Shown: positions 51,727-62,989 of the stretch, piece after piece | Position numbering within the stretch: position 1 is the stretch's first letter | Layout of the letters: each line of letters starts with the position of its first letter | Assembly (NCBI RefSeq): GCF_009834535.1 | Contig: NC_045707.1 | Location: 11,532,001 to 11,596,000, forward strand | Length of the DNA stretch: 64,000 bases | Direction of reading: 5' to 3' | Origin: Camelus ferus | Taxonomy: Eukaryota | The notes under the pieces: generated by a model | What the model was told of the DNA's origin: nothing | Database searches by the model: none | What the model saw: only the letters and a program-made list of their open reading frames with translations | Program-made: the position numbers and the translations under genes

Positions 51727-53400
51727 CAAAATGAGCGTGCAGATATCGCTGAAAGTAAACAAACTGTCCAGCTCCAAATACCCTGCGTATTCAGAAGCCG
51801 GCTGCCGTGGCTGGCCGGAGCCCGCCTGAGCCCCGCAGCGCGCTTTGCCCGGGAGCACGTCCGGAAGCCATTACTGTTGTCTTACTGTCTTGCACCTATT
51901 TGACAGGGACACTTAAAATAATTGTCAGCGAGGTTGAAGGGTGTCAGGCGCTCCTAATGTGGATGGTGAGAATGAGAATTATGGCAATGTTTTGGGAGCA
52001 ATCTGACAATCTATTACTATTAAGAGGACAAATTTCCTTTGACTTGGAAGCCCAGAGAGGCTGGCATCTGGGGGCCGAGTGGGGGTCAGCACTGCAGTTC
52101 GCCACCGGCTAGACTTGAGTCCAGGGCATCTGTCCCCCAAGCCTCTTCGCCTCCCCCCAGCGTCCTCCGTGCTGGTCCTCTTCCGGCTTCTCCTCCTCCT
52201 GTCTCCCACTAACTGCCCCTCTCCTCCAGGAGCCCTGGGCTGTCTCTCCCCATCACCACCCTCTTGCCTCAGCCTGGCCGTCCTGTGTGCTCTGCGCTGC
52301 CCTCGCCGACATGCCCCCCACCAACACCCGTCCAGACCCGCACACCTGGCTCGCACGATGCACTGATGGTAGGTTCCTTCTGGTCACGTGGCAAAGCAGC
52401 CCCTGGACTTGCACTCAGGCCCCACCCTTTGTTCACCCATCAATCTGTCATTCCAACCCGGCCTGTCTTGTGCTGACTCCTGAGCAGTGCCCTGACGGGG
52501 GTTGGTCTGGAACAGGATGGGAGCAGATGCACAGGGACCAGGAGAGCCGAGCAGCTCTGAAGGAGGAGGAGGAAAAGCGTTCGGAGACCCTGCCGAGGTC
52601 TCCACCCCTGGGCCCAGCCGGGAAGGCGAGGGGGTGCCCTTGGGGAGCAGGGTGGAGGGGGTGCTGTTCCAGGAAGGGGGGGTCTGTGAGCAGAGGCCTG
52701 GGAGGCCGCAGAGGGGCGTGGGGAGCTTGCAGGGGGAGCTGGGCTGGGCCTGGAGGAAGTTGGCTGGAGAGCCCTCAGGAAGGCGGGCCCCGCGCCTGCA
52801 CCCCGCACGGATCCGTGCCACCTCCCTGCACCTGGAGTGGGTCCTGGCCCCACCGCCTTTTCCAGGTGGGCTTTCTTGGCCGAGCTGCAGGCAGAGGCCT
52901 CCGTGACCCCCCTGAGGCCGTTCTCATTAGTGACCTTGAGGCAGCAGTTTGGCGCCATGAGTTTGCGTTTACAGAGGCTGAGCCCAGCTGCCGGCAGGAG
53001 GGGAGCGGGTCTGGACTCAGGATGCAGTCGCAGCCCTGTCTTCTCCCCACGCCTCGAAGGGCAGCGTCCCTGTGGCCTTTTACTCACAAAGGCTCTCCTC
53101 CCAAACCCGCCTCCAGACCCCTGACCCCCTAACAGTCACTGTGCCGACCTGCCGGCCTGAGGATGCTGGTACCGCCCGAGACAGCACACCCGGAACAGCG
53201 CCCGGACTCAGGCGCCCAAATGCTGTCTCCCCCGCGAAGGAGGGAGGAGGGCCTTTGTGAAGGTCGGCAGAGCCACGCGTCCTGAAGACAGAGGCCCGGG
53301 GCGTGGGGCTGGGGGCTGAGCTCCCGGGGCGCGGGAGGGCTGCCCTCTGTGATCCGACAGAGACCAGGTGCTAGAGGAGGGGCCTCAGAGCAGAGGAGGA

Positions 53401-53739
53401 AGAGGGAGGGGCTGGGGCGGGGCTGGGGGAGGGAGAGGCGGGGGAGGCGGGGCAGGGAGGGAGGGGCGGGGGAGGCGGGGCGGGGAGGGGGGCGGGGGAG
53501 GCGGGGCGGGGAGGGGCTGGAGGAGGGGCTGAGGGAGGGAGGGGTGGGGAGGGAGGGGCTGGGGGCGGGGCTGGGGAGGGAAGGGCGGGGAGGCGGGGCA
53601 GGGAGGGGCTGGAGGCGGGGCTGAGGGAGGGAGGGGCGGGGAGGGAGAGGCTAGGGGCGGGGCTGGGGGAGGGAGGGGCGGGGGAGGATGGGCGGGGGAG
53701 GGAGGGGCTTGGGCGGGGGAGGGAGGGGCTGGGGCGGGG
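53401..53739 (+). repeat. ~340-bp G-rich tract of GGGGC/GGGGA/GGGGCT units (G4 and GC-box array)
   Basis: Near-continuous G3-G5 runs with many GGGGCGGGG/GAGGCGGGG units. Confidence 0.92.
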
Positions 53740-53939
53740 CACCAGGCTCCTTGGCAGGTCCAGGCCGGAAGACCCGACCTGCCCCTCCGTCCTGGCGGCC
53801 TTGAAACTCCTGTGTGAGGTCTCCTGGGTCCTTCATTTGCTCTTTTGTGAATCGGGGGCAATGACAGTAAAGGGTCTCAACGTGCCAGGGTCACCTGTTA
53901 TCACCCGCCTTCCCTCAGTCCCCCGACGGAGGGGGCTTC

Positions 53940-54360
53940 TCTGTGCCCCTCCCCCGACAGCTGGGTGGCGGAAACCGGAGCTGGTACCTGACCGACCCGA
54001 TGGGCAGCTCTCGACCCGGGGACCCCTGGGCGAGTCAGAGACCCGGCCCCTCAGTCCTGGTCCCGCCCTCCCACCCCGGGGCTCTGGGAGCCAGGGCTGG
54101 GAAGATGCGCCCCACCCACGGGGTGTGGCAGGCAAGGCTGGGCTGCTTCCACGCCAGCGGCCCCCGCGGCCCCCACGCCCTGCTCCGCGGCCAGAGGGCT
54201 CGTCTGACTCTGGCTCTCGGGCCCCCAGCGCTTCCTCTCCTCCGGCCGCGCCGGGGTCAGAGCCCGGGAGGCGGGCTGCGCAGGGCCGCGTGGAGGGTCT
54301 GGGATGACCACTGGGTGCGGGTTTCAGACCACACTCCCGGGCAGCGCTGGCGCTGGTCCC
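53940..54360. promoter_or_regulatory. CpG-island-like segment next to the G-rich tract
   Basis: Visibly high GC and CpG density; CpG o/e not computed; whole window is CpG-rich. Confidence 0.3.
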
Positions 54361-54918
54361 CAAACCCCCTTTATGTTGGGGGCGGGTTTGCGCGCGGATG
54401 CCCGGAGGAGGCTGTTTCTAGGTGGCCTTGCGGATTTCTGGAACTTTCTATGTGTCCAGGGCACAAGCGGTGCTGTCCTCACGGCAGAGTCAGGCCCCGC
54501 AAGGCCCCGCTGCCGGAGCAGCGTCCTGCCTTGTTGTCATTCAGCTCAATTTTATATTTAAACCTGACTTCAAAGTTACATGAAATATTAAAACGGAAGG
54601 TTCTCGGGCGGCCTCCCCGGCTGCTGGCCTATTTTTAGCGCGAGCGCTGGTCCCTCCGAGCAGGCACGGGCCCCGGCCCAGCTCGCTGCTGTCTGCAGGG
54701 AGCGCAGGGGCGGCCCGGGCCCGGGGCCATCGCTTGAGCCCTGAATTAAGAGCTTGAAATGTCATTTAGATCAAAATGGAAAAGAATTAGGATTCACAGC
54801 TCAGCCCACTCCCAAGAGAATGTCCGACCTGGGGCTCTCAGGGGCCTGGCCTGTGGATGACACACGCCTACAGGCCACCCCCCGCTGTCCCACGCTGGGC
54901 GGACACCAGGGCTTGCCG

Positions 54919-55018
54919 NNNNNNNNNNNNNNNNNNNNNNNNNNNNNNNNNNNNNNNNNNNNNNNNNNNNNNNNNNNNNNNNNNNNNNNNNNNNNNNNNN
55001 NNNNNNNNNNNNNNNNNN
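54919..55018. other. Assembly gap (100 N)
   Basis: Exactly 100 N, typical placeholder for a gap of unknown size. Confidence 0.97.
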
Positions 55019-57222
55019 TTGTGGGGGAGGTAGTTGGGTGTACTCATTACTTTTCGTGATGGAGGTGCTGGGCACTGGCCCAGGACCCTGTGGACGCTGG
55101 GCAGGCGCTCCCCCACTGAGCCGCCCTCCCCCTTCTCAGCAGTTCTCACAGAAGGAAAGACGGAATCCTCTAAGGGGCTGGCTGGCGCAGCACAGGCTCT
55201 GAGCGGCCAGGGCCGTGCGCGGGTGGGGCGCCCCGTCCACCCCACGGCTGCCCGGCGCCGGGGTGGGGCTGCCCCCAGTGTTTGTCGAAGCAGTGAATGC
55301 TCATGCAGGGAACAGACAAACATGGAAAAGTGGAGAGAATGCGTGGACTTCAGATTCTCCTGCTGTGCCTGCCAAATCGGGCACGGTCACGTCAGGGCTG
55401 TTGCCCCGGGGGGGGGGGGGGGAACGCCTCTCCTGCGTCCCCGCCGCCGCGCAGTCCCGGGCTGCCACGCCCTCACCCTGACGTCGCTGGGACCCAGGAG
55501 CCATCCCTGCGCGCTGAATACCGAGGTCGGTATTTTTAGACGCAATTCTTTAATTTTTGAAAACCCTCCAAAGAGATTTTAGTGATGGGTACGTAGTTGA
55601 TAAATACACATAAATTGAAGAGCTATAAAAAGAACTCTTTTAAGAACTCTCTGTTCTCTTTTCCATTTCCTGGAAGCTCATTAGCATATGTGGAGAGAGG
55701 CGCGCTCCCGCCCTGGCGTCTGGGAGCGGGACGCTGACCCCAGGCCGACGGCCCTTCCGGGATGCCACGGCCCCAGGGCTGGAGAAGGTCGTGCTGAGTC
55801 CAGTGACCTGGGGTGTGCCCAAGGCTCTCCCAGGGCCCAGCCTGCTCTGCGTCCTGGTCAGAGGCCCTGGACAGCGGACCCTTGAACAGGCTTGGAGACG
55901 CCGAGCCCCCGCAGGGAGGGCCGGGTGAACATCAGTTTTCTGGAGGCTCAGGAAGTCTCGGCCCGTCCCTTAGACGCAGGCGGCACTGTGCACAGGCGGG
56001 ATGCTCGGCCCTGCCACCGGACAGGTGCCTGGAGGATCTGCCTCAGGGAGCACACAGGCCAGCGGCCCAGCCCACGGGCCACAGCAACACTGAGAGTGAG
56101 GAGAGCGGAGACAGAGAGCACAGAGCGCGGCTGGGGGCCCAGTCAGCGTCCTGAACCTTGCACCTGAGAGCAGAGGCCCAGCCACACGCAGAGTGGGAAC
56201 CGGAGGCCTGATAGCGGGAACCACAGCAGGTGCCAGTGTCCTGAGGTGAGAGGCATGTGCAGTGCGTGGGAGGCCCCAGGAGGGCTGCCCGGGTGCACGA
56301 CCGGGCCGGGGAGTCCAGAGGGCAACGGGGAGCCACTGATGAAAGGGACCCGGAACTGCATGTCCCCAGGCGGTGGCCTTCAGGGTGGGCGTGGGCGGGT
56401 GCTCGGGGCGCTGCGCGCACGGGCGGAGTGGGGTTCGCTTCCCCTGCCCCGATGCCCGGGGACGCGGGTGCAGCCTGTTCTGGAGAACACGGCTGCACCA
56501 GCCGCCACGAGCCTCCGGGCGGACAGGGGCCAGCGTGGCCATTTCTGGGCGAGGGCGGATTTCCCACGGCCTCGGTGGAAGCGTGAGACGGACCCCGCTG
56601 TCTCCTGCCTGAAGCTGTAAGTGGCTGTGGTTTTGGGCAACTTCCCTGAAAACCTCGCAGCTGTTTCAGTTGCCGCATCTCCAGCTTTTGAACATTGTCG
56701 CCGGCCCGACAGGCTCGCGGAAGCAGCCAAGCCCTGCCCGTCTCACTGTCTCCAAAATCCCCAGCAGCCCGGCGCCCAGAGGCCTCCTGGGGACCGTGCG
56801 AGGCTCGGGGAGCACCTGCTGCCCCTGCCTCTGTGTCCCTTTGACTCCGTGTGAGACGGCCTCCCCTCGCCTGCAGTGATGGCCCGTGTTGCGTGCAGCG
56901 CCCTTTTGGAAATGGCCAGCATCTCTGGGTACACGCGTCTGTCTCGGTGTCTCCAGTCCTCGAGCCCCCTTACTCGACCTCTCTGTTCTCACTGCTGTGT
57001 GGCTCCCGCCTCGGCCCCTCGGCATTTCTAAACCCTTTCTTCCCCCAACTTTTGTGCTGCCGTGGGCTCGGCAAGCCTCCCGTTTCACCATGTACCTAAC
57101 TCAGCCGCATTCACCCACTCTTGGACCCGGTTCAATTCAAGGTTCTAGACGTGCAAGTGTCGCTGGTTTATCTGGGGGTTAAGAAGCTGAAGGTGGGCGT
57201 GTTGACGACGCCAAACAGCCCC

Positions 57223-57368
57223 GTGGTCCTCCACCTCCCCAAGGTCCCCCGCCTCCCTGTGGTCCCCCGCCTCCCTGTGGTCCCCCGCCTCCCCGTGGTC
57301 CTCCCACCTCCCCATGGTCCTCCCACCTCCCCATGGTCCTCCCACCTCTCCGTGGTCCCCCGCCTCCC
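57223..57368. repeat. Minisatellite, 8 units of 18-19 bp (gtggtcccccgcctccct)
   Basis: Units read directly; two variants (cccccgcct and ctcccacct). Confidence 0.92.
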
Positions 57369-57826
57369 TGTCGCCTGCACCTCCCGCAGGTGGACGCTGT
57401 GCTTCGCCCCGTGGCTCCCCCGTTTGCAGCGGCTTCTTGGCAGACCGCCCGGCCCATGTCAGCAGCTTGGAGGGGTGTGGCAGGTGGCCTTTGCATGTGT
57501 CTCCGGGAATGTGGGGCCACCAGACAGCACACAGTGAGGACACGTCTGGGGGCCAGGGGCTCTGAGCCAGGCAGATTGCGTGACTGCAGGTGAGTCTCCA
57601 GGAAACCCGGGTCATAAGACAGATTTGAAACTGGACTGAGCAGAGACACACAGCAGGGCGCACGCGTGCACACTCACCCACGAGTCACCCGGCATCCACC
57701 GAGCACCAGGCACTGTCCCAGGTCCTGGGGCCTGAGCAACGGGCAACAGCCCCCAACAGTGTCCCCTTCCTGTGGGCCTCATTCCAGAGGGGAGGCAGGT
57801 GGGGACTGCTGAACCACCGCAGCAAA

Positions 57827-57896
57827 CACATGCACACACACACGCATCTACACATGCGCACACACATGCATCTACACGCGCACACACGCACACACG
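57827..57896. repeat. Imperfect (CA/CG/TG) alternating tract
   Basis: cacatgcacacacacacgcatctacacatgcgcacacacatgcatctacacgcgcacacacgcacacacg. Confidence 0.75.
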
Positions 57897-58169
57897 GGAT
57901 GAAGCATGAACTGGGGAGGAGTCCGGTTCTGGTCTCAACCTGGGCGCCAGCCTCGTCGCCCCAGCCACCCTGGGCAGGGACGGGGACCCTTCTCTGTGGT
58001 GACAGAGGAGCTAGGAAGTCTCTATTAAGTATATAAACAGTATTTTTTCTGACCTTTTTAAAAATGAAACATTTCAACTCTAGAGGAAAGTCAATAATAC
58101 AGCAAACAGCCATTTCCTAACACTCAGATTTAGTCATTTTTGAAATATTTGCTTTAAATATTTCCCTAA

Positions 58170-59060
58170 GAAATAAAACGCGATTGAACCCTCGCCCCGA
58201 ATCCCGTCTGCGTCCGGGACCTCTGCCTGGAGCCGGGAGAGCCCCAGAGCAAGTGCGGCCTCACCTCCCCACTTCCCTGTGTCCAGGTTTTCGTACGTAT
58301 CTGCGTGGTGGGCTTAGGTTTCCTGTGTTTTGCAAACCAGATAAACAGTTTCATTTGTACATTTCACTGTACACGTTGCTTTAAGAAAGAAATCCAACCT
58401 GCCTCTGAGAGCTGTCAAAGCTGCTACACTCGTCCTCCGTGCATCTTAGCTGCGTCACGTCCCACCTGAGGAGCAACAGCATTCAGGCAGGTTTGTTCGC
58501 CTTTGACAGCCGGCCCCGTGGGACCCTCCTTCCTGCTCTACTTCACCTCATGAGGAGACGCCGTCGCCGTCCCCCACGGGGCTGGCGCTGGCTTCTGCTG
58601 CTCCCCTGGGGTCCCCGTGACCCCCAGCTCCTGGGGCCTCTCACCGGAGACCTGCCCTCCGCTCACCCTGGGCTGCAATGCGGCGTCTTTAGAATTTTGA
58701 TTTCCTTGATGAACAGAGAACGCGTCCTGTGCTAGGTCGCCAAATCCCCTTCTCTGGGACGACCCACCCTGTCCTCCACCCAGGGGCCCGCTGAGACGAC
58801 TGGGTTTTGCTTCCTAACTTACAGGAACCCTCTGCGTGTTTCAGATACACTTTCTCGGGTGTCACCGCACTGCAGGCACCTCTCCGTCTGTGGTTTGAAT
58901 TTCCCCTTCCCGGGGGCTGTGGTAGGCAGTGCAGGAGTCTTCCTTTCAAGGTCATTTAAAAAATTTTTGTTCCAGATTGTGCATAAGAGAACTTCCCGAG
59001 TTATTAGGTCATGAAGACGGCCTCTGATTTCTTCCAGTTTGTAAGACTTCACTTTTCGCG
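58170..59060 (-). mobile_element. Antisense old L1 3'/ORF2 relic, GC-shifted
   Basis: ttagaattttgatttccttgatgaacagagaac; ttacaggaaccctctgcgtgtttcagatacac; agaacttcccgagttattaggtcatgaagac...ttcttccagtttgtaagacttcac follow antisense L1 order. Confidence 0.55.
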
Positions 59061-59497
59061 CCTAGAGGCCCCGTCCCTGAGTCTGCGGGGGAGGCCCCGT
59101 GCAGCTCTTGGCTGCCCCCCGCCCAGGTCTGCCGTGCAGCTGGGCTTCCTGCCCCGTGGCCGCCCGGGCTCCAGGGGCCGAGCCGGCTAGGTTGGGGCCA
59201 CACAGTGGGGACCAGCCGTGCCTGGTCTCTGGAGCAGCTCGGAAGCAAAGGGCCCCACTCCCGTCACCTTCTTGGTTTACACAGAGCGCCAGGCCCAGTC
59301 AAGGGCGCACAGCGACCCCCCCAGGGTGAGCAGTCAAGGACGTGGCGCCTGTGTGTCAAACGCCCACGAGGGCTTGCTCTTGGCTGTCATCTCTTCTGCT
59401 TCTCTTCCTTCGTTCCAGCAGTTTTGTGAGGTCTCCAGGCTGCCCCTGGCGGAGCAGACCCGGGGCCTTCCGTGTGGGTCTGGCTCCTCCGAGACTT

Positions 59498-59921
59498 TGA
59501 GACAGGAGGGAAGGGGCAGGGCACAGCCGTCAGCACAAGATGGCGGGAGCTGACCCCCAGGCGACCGTGACCTTCCTGGTCTGCTCCCGGTGGTGTATCA
59601 GCATGTGAATGGCGCTCCCACAGGCGCCCTGATGGCTCTGAGGCTGACCCTGAACGGGCCCCGCCCCTTCCCCGGAGTGGTGGGAACAGTCCTCCCACTC
59701 GTCACCATATGAAGTCACCGAGCCCCTGGACACTGTCACCCCCGCACCTGCCTGCAGCCCTCCCGGCCGAGTGAGACGCCTGCACTCAGTCCACGGAGCC
59801 TGTGTCTGAATAAACCTGCTTTCACTCCTGTGGCTCCTCTTGAGTTCTTTCACTTGGCAGGACCTGAGCTGAGCTCTGGGGGCACGGCCCTCCTCTCGCA
59901 CCCCCACGTCTTCCCGCGTCA
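59498..59921 (+). mobile_element. Second-family ERV1-like solo LTR
   Basis: Starts tgagacaggagggaaggggcagggcac; CAAGATGGCG at 59536; aataaacctgctttcactcctgtggctcctcttgagttctttc R/U5-like segment; ends ...tcctctcgcaccccca...cgcgtca. TSD not clean (gactt vs gtctt). Confidence 0.6.
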
Positions 59922-60593
59922 GTCTTCCCGCGTCAGCTCCGCTCTCCGCCCAGCCGCCCCGCAGGCTGGCCTGAGGGAGTAGCAGGCGCTTCCCTGCACG
60001 TGTCGCACACCCAGGCCCCCTCGGGGAGCAGAGCGGTGCCAGCCCTGGTCAGGTTTCCAGGCCGTGGGGGGCTGGGGCCACACAGGGCGGCCTGGGCCTG
60101 TCCTCCCGCGGGCGGGGAGCCCTCCAGTGCCGCCCCAGCAGCCCGCTGGCCTCCCTCCCGCCCGGGCCCCCGCAGCGGGGCTGGTGGCAGAGCTGAGCCT
60201 GGCCACTCCCGCCCCGCCTTCTTGTTGTTTGTTTCTCCTTTAAAACGTGGCATTGGCCAAAGCCACGTTTCAGGGTGGACCCCAAGACCCAGGACCCTGA
60301 GCCCCCACCTGGCTTCCAGGGCGATGATTTCAGCGTCCCCCCACTGCTGTCCCAGAGCGGCTGTGTGGGGCAGAGCCCCTGCTGCGAGGGGGACGAGGGC
60401 CCCCGCTGTTGCAGGAAAACGCCTCCTAAGTGGCTGCCCGCAGAGCTGGTTTTAGAAACGTAAACGTGCGCTTGGCCAAGAGAACAATCTAGGGAAAGCC
60501 TCCTCTGAGACATCTGACGCTCTGTTCCCGACGTTTCTTCTGACTCACCTCCTGGGTTGGGGGGGGGGGGTGGCCCTGACCTGCAGATCAGAT

Positions 60594-60895
60594 TCTATTT
60601 ACAAACCAAAAACAGACTCACTGGCATAGAAAACCAACTACGGTGACCACAGGGGAAGGTGGGGAGGGACAAGTCTGGGGCTGGGGACTGACAGACACAC
60701 ACGGCTGTATATAAAGCAGGTAAACAGCAGGACCTACTGCAGCCACGGGGAACTGGATTCAATAGCCTGTAATAACCTTTAATGGGAAAGAATCTTGAGA
60801 AAAGAAATGCACGTGTGTATCTGTATAACTGGATCACTTTGCTGTACACCTGAAACTAACATTGTGAATAAACCACACTTCAATAAAAAATTTTA
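60594..60895 (+). mobile_element. 5'-truncated L1 3' UTR end (laurasiatherian/cetartiodactyl L1 type)
   Basis: atttacaaaccaaaaacagactcactggcatagaaaacc...aggacctactgcagccacggggaac...gtataactggatcactttgctgtacacctgaaactaacattgtgaataaaccacacttcaataaaaaa. Confidence 0.9.
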
Positions 60896-61258
60896 AAGAG
60901 AAAGGAAAGAAAATCGCTTCATAAAATCAAAACCAAAACCATGAAGCATTCTTTGCCCAGAACTATTTTCGAACATTTTACAACATTAAAATCAGGGCAG
61001 GTTTACCCATGAGGCCCGGGACCCCGGGACAGGGAGAGGCCACAGACGTGGGTTACAATCTGAAGAAAAATAACGAACATGTAGATCAAAGAAAACGTCT
61101 CTATGTCTCATATGTATTAAATACAGATTTGTCTTCACGTCAGTGCAGGCGTGAGAGAGGCCGAGGGAGCGGTTGACGGACGTCGGGGGAAGGGCCCACG
61201 CGTCCTGTTACACATTTCTACGTTTGGTTGGTTTATCTTTTATTAGTGAATTTTGAAT

Positions 61259-61737
61259 TGAGGTGGGAAGCCCCCCAAAAAACGCAGCAGAGCCCCCACT
61301 CTCGTGCTGACACCATCCAGTTCCCTGGCCCAGAGGCCCTATCTCACTTTTTGCCTCTGAAACGGCTTACTTACCCCTAAAATGCTATTGGTTCCCTGAG
61401 CTCACTTCTGATTGGTTATTTCCTCACTCCTGATTGGTTATTTCTCTCACTCCTGATTGGTCATTTCTCTCACTCCTGATTGGTCTATTCCTACGAAGCT
61501 TGTTCCTGGTTGGTCAACTTCTGTTATACCTTATCTGCATATGATGTTGCAAAGTGTAGACTGGCAGCCTATGAAAGCCTGTGTAACCCAACAGGCGGGG
61601 CCCAGAGCTTGGAGTGCTAACTCTTCTGGGCCCGCTGGTGTAATAAACCTGAGTTCTCCTGCTCTCCCGGTGTTGCTGGGTCTCTCGCCTGGATCCAGGT
61701 TGCTGTCACACAGATCTGTGACACGTTTTTCGCAACA
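61259..61737 (+). mobile_element. ERV1-type solo LTR, copy B (same family as copy A)
   Basis: TG...CA termini; 4-bp TSD GAAT (61255-61258, 61738-61741); ATTGG at 61387, 61411, 61433, 61456, 61479; AATAAA 61642-61647. Confidence 0.92.
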
Positions 61738-61744
61738 GAATTTA

Positions 61745-62340
61745 GTTACAGAAGTAAATTAAAAATTTTTTCTTCGCCGTATAATTGACATCTAATTTTG
61801 ATCTCAAGGATACAGTAGCCTCATGAAAAGAGTTGGTAACATTTTTTTCCTAATTTCTTAAAAATCTGACATAAAACGGGAGTTTTCTGATCCTTGAGAG
61901 GAAATTTGAAATTCTTTTTCTGGTTATGAAGCAGAAATGCCAGTTAAAAGTGTAAGCCGCTTTTTACATCTAACGGTTACATATCTATGTATTTGGCATC
62001 TTTTTGAAACAGTTTGGGTACATTCTTTGTAAATCAACCACTCTGATGATGGTTTTCAATTTTTCAGGTAAAGTTGTTCATAGTTATTTCCACTCTGGTT
62101 ACGTGTTTTTAATTATTGAGTTAAAGTTGTTCGTAGTATTGCCTTAGTTTTAAGCTTCTATTTTTCCCGCGGTTGGACTTCCGTTCTCTCAGTAACGTCT
62201 GTCTGTGGCCCCCTCCCTCCTTCCATCAGTCTTGCCAGAGCAGCGTCTGCTCTGCTGTGCTGATAAAGTGGTAGCTTTTGGTACTCATGACCCTATTTCT
62301 TTGTTTCCTGTTTCATTAGTTTAAGTTCGTAATTGTTTAT
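61745..62340 (-). mobile_element. Antisense old L1 ORF2 relic (AT-rich)
   Basis: gatacagtagcctcatgaaaagagttggtaacattttttcc; aaagttgttcgtagtattgccttag; tccatcagtcttgccagagc...gcttttggtactcatgaccc. Confidence 0.6.
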
Positions 62341-62570
62341 TTTTTGTTTGTTATTCTCTGGTGTTTTAGTAAATCTTTATTTTTTATTTTTCTTACTGTA
62401 TATACATATACAATATAATACATTTACAAACTTTATATATGATAAAATACATTTTTACTTTAAAAATTATTTTTATTTTAGATATAAATTATAATATAGT
62501 TTATTTTTAATATAAAATATTTCAATGTAATATTAAAAATAAACTATATGTATTAAACGTTATGTTTTCC
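62325..62570. repeat. AT-rich low-complexity tract
   Basis: tatatacatatacaatataatacatttacaaactttatatatgataaaatac... almost no G/C. Confidence 0.8.
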
Positions 62571-62989
62571 TCTAAATGAGGAAGCTACACTCCTTGGGCC
62601 AAACCCAGCCCCGCCCCCGGTGTCACAGTGCAGGTGTCACCGGCGCACAGACTCACCTGTGCACTCAGGTGTGGTCCGTGGCTGCTTCCCCTCCAGGCGG
62701 CAGAGAGCGTCCCGAGGGCCGGGAAGAGGTCCCGTCCGAGCCCCGCAGAGAGCTCAGCCCTTCGTCCGTGCTCCGCAGTCTTCAGGTGCAGCGTTTCTGT
62801 CGGCATCTTGTTGTAAATTCCCCTAGAAATGGGTTTTATAGTTCCGTGTTTATGGGGCTTTTTTCAATTACTTCTGACTTTGATGCGTGATGTTCAGAGG
62901 ACGCATTCTGTAAACACCGATCTCCAGGAACTGCTGGAATGTGTCTGACTGTCCCGCGAGCGCTGACGTGCCCCTGCTGTCTGAGGTGC

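Noticed and set aside
53401-53739. Immunoglobulin switch region
   Set aside because: Has GGGCT but lacks GAGCT pentamer arrays, is far too short, and no Ig constant exons are present.
53349-53861. Pro-rich and Gly/Arg-rich ORFs on both strands
   Set aside because: Translations of the G-rich tract.
54396-54485. WAP-domain-like peptide GCPEEAVSRWPCGFLELSMCPGHKRCCPHG in ORF 53943-54638
   Set aside because: CPGHKRCC resembles the WAP core, but Cys spacing is off, the terminal Cys is missing, I see no splice acceptor or signal peptide, and the rest of the ORF is compositional noise. A significant Pfam WAP HMM hit would reopen it.
57223-57368. CRISPR-like array
   Set aside because: Eukaryotic DNA; contiguous repeats with no unique spacers and no cas genes.
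57121-57681. ORFs with repeated VVPRLP/EAGDHR motifs
   Set aside because: Translations of the 18-bp minisatellite.
45365-61737. Single provirus bounded by two LTRs
   Set aside because: LTRs are in opposite orientation with different TSDs, and no gag/pol/env lies between them.
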